Below, in pieces: positions 62,301-64,000 of a DNA stretch of 64,000 bases (positions are counted from its first letter, which is position 1; every line of letters starts with the position of its first letter). The notes beneath the pieces were generated by a model. That model searched no databases and had not been told where the DNA came from. It worked only from the letters and a program-made list of their open reading frames with translations. This DNA comes from Balanoglossus misakiensis (Eukaryota > Animalia > Hemichordata), in NCBI GenBank assembly GCA_040954595.2, contig CM082581.2, positions 8,417,413-8,481,412 of the forward strand. Direction: 5' to 3'. Made by a program: the position numbers and the translations under genes.

Positions 62301-64000
62301 GGGTGACATGGATAGATTTGTACAGACGACAGTGCTTCAAGATACTTATATCAAAGAATTGTCCATATGTGACTGATATCTTTGGTCTCTCACAACAGAG
62401 CTTTGACTACATGCAGTGTGGATCTGTACTGTAAAGTGGGAACTTTGTATCCAGAGATGGCACAGCATGAAAGGGCTTTGAATTATCTGATTGATCAGCT
62501 GAGCAAGGAACAGGTAAGTGTGGTCTCTTTCCTTGAGCTTTTTATACAAAATCCATGGTAGCTGTCAACTGTGGTGTAGTCACGATGTACAACTTTAGTT
62601 CTGGTTGGCAGATACATTTGTTTTTTGCTGCCTCCAGTAAAAATGAAATGAAAATGCAAAATCTCAATAAATGTCAAATGTCAAGATCAAATGAATGTAT
62701 CTTTCCCTTCCTCCTCCAGCTTGATGAGCGTACTCCGCTGGAGACTTTACTGAAAGCCATTCAGTATTTCCAGCATCTGTTCAATGTCCACCTGGCCGGC
62801 GAGGAGGTGGATTGCACCGAGATTGTCAACGACTTTGTCAAGCAGCTGACAGTGGCCTCTGAAAACGTGAACATCAACATCAAGAAGCTGAGAGTTCTGA
62901 TGCAGGTAATGGGATGTGTTGTTTGACCTGGTTTCGTGTCTGTGTGGAGAGATGTGTCTTTTAACAACCAACATTTTATCATATTCCAGTTGCAAAACAC
63001 CATAATAGTAAATAATTGTTGTTTATATTTTTTTCAGTCTGGACAGGAGACAAGTGACTTTTGTATCTTGCTGAAGGATTTGGATAGTAGCAACACAGAT
63101 TTGAGACAGCTATCAAGAAGGGTGAGCCTAACAAACCATATTTCATTCAACATGGCACACTATGAATCATGACCAAAAGCTAATGATTAGAACAACGCCT
63201 CGCCTTATTATAACTGACATTCACCAATCTCTCTCAAATCATTCTTCCAGATCAAACGACGTCTCCCACAACAAGATTCCATGAACCCCCACTTGTACTT
63301 CAGCAAAGAGGTATGTCATGATTTGAACACTACACAACACGATATGAGGGTTCACACACCCAAGGAAATCCTGGAGTTTAGAAGAAAAAACACCCCTGGA
63401 ACTTTGAATGAAATTGATAGGAACTTTGTTGTATAACCATTTTGTGTTCACATGACACAGGTGCGGGAGTCACTAAAGGAATGCTTGGATCAATACGAGA
63501 AGGTAGTTCTGACCATGAAAGAAATGGGAACCAACATCATGGAACACGCTGCTGCTCTCCATGGTAAAAGCTTTACTGATCCTTGTGTCCTTTTGATGTA
63601 ACATTAGTAATATGATTTTGTTTCTGTTGTAATATTAATAGTTTCTGTAAGCAGTGCAGGCCAAAGTACAGCCTGCAATGCTAAATTGACAATTGATGAG
63701 CAAAACATTTTGCAAGAATCACTTTGTTGTCCAAAATGTATGGTGTCTAAATAGAGCTAACTTGCATGCTTATGTAGTGTCTACCTTGTCGGCTGTCGTT
63801 TTGTGATAAAATATCTGGAATATGCTTCATTGAATTACCACCCAAAATATTTCTGGTTTCATTTTTTATTTGTTGTGGTTTTTGTTTTCAAGAGGTAGCT
63901 TCCATTTAGATTTTGTTGCTTGTCATCCTGTGTGTATATCCCTGGTTGTTTATGTACTCCATATCCATGTATATTGTTAATCTTGTACTCATACATTGTA
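56315..64000 (+). CDS. DCTN1: Dynactin subunit 1 (p150-Glued); 3' end outside window
   Basis: CAP-Gly [11 protein letters not shown]...[36 protein letters not shown]-rich linker, coiled coils with [23 protein letters not shown]-type, [31 protein letters not shown]-type motifs; last visible exon about 63461-63563; probable non-coding first exon with donor at 55477/55478. Confidence 0.97.
57814..57843 (+). CDS. DCTN1: DCTN1 30-nt symmetric (phase 1-1) microexon, [10 protein letters not shown]
   Basis: tctccag|ACAAGAGTGGATTGCGACCTAGAAGTAGCA|gtatgt; frame-preserving between exons 56824-56945 and 58696-58739. Confidence 0.65.

Overview
Eukaryotic, intron-rich genomic DNA from a non-vertebrate bilaterian; the animal group cannot be fixed from the sequence alone. 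Most short ORFs in the track are exon fragments or noise. Reading splice sites gives, in order: a single-coding-exon RING/B-box/B-box/coiled-coil/filamin TRIM gene (-, runs off the left edge), a 4-exon ~119-aa gene with no in-frame ATG (+), PERK/EIF2AK3 (-), TMEM129 (+), sideroflexin SFXN1/3 (-), TMEM128 (+), two tandem FAXC-like genes (-), a ~13 kb CpG-rich region with no recognised protein gene, VPS51 (-, three unusually long 3' introns) and DCTN1 (+, runs off the right edge). The CpG-rich region holds a mir-2001 / mir-252b / mir-252a cluster and a probable host-gene first exon. Best leads: the miRNA cluster and possible micropeptides in its host exon; the small gene with a probable AUU start and weak APC16 resemblance; a PERK-TMEM129 bidirectional promoter with a uORF in the PERK leader; and a candidate CAP-Gly-less (p135-like) alternative first exon in DCTN1. 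Homology calls come from recognising remembered sequences, not from database searches, and some exon edges are approximate.
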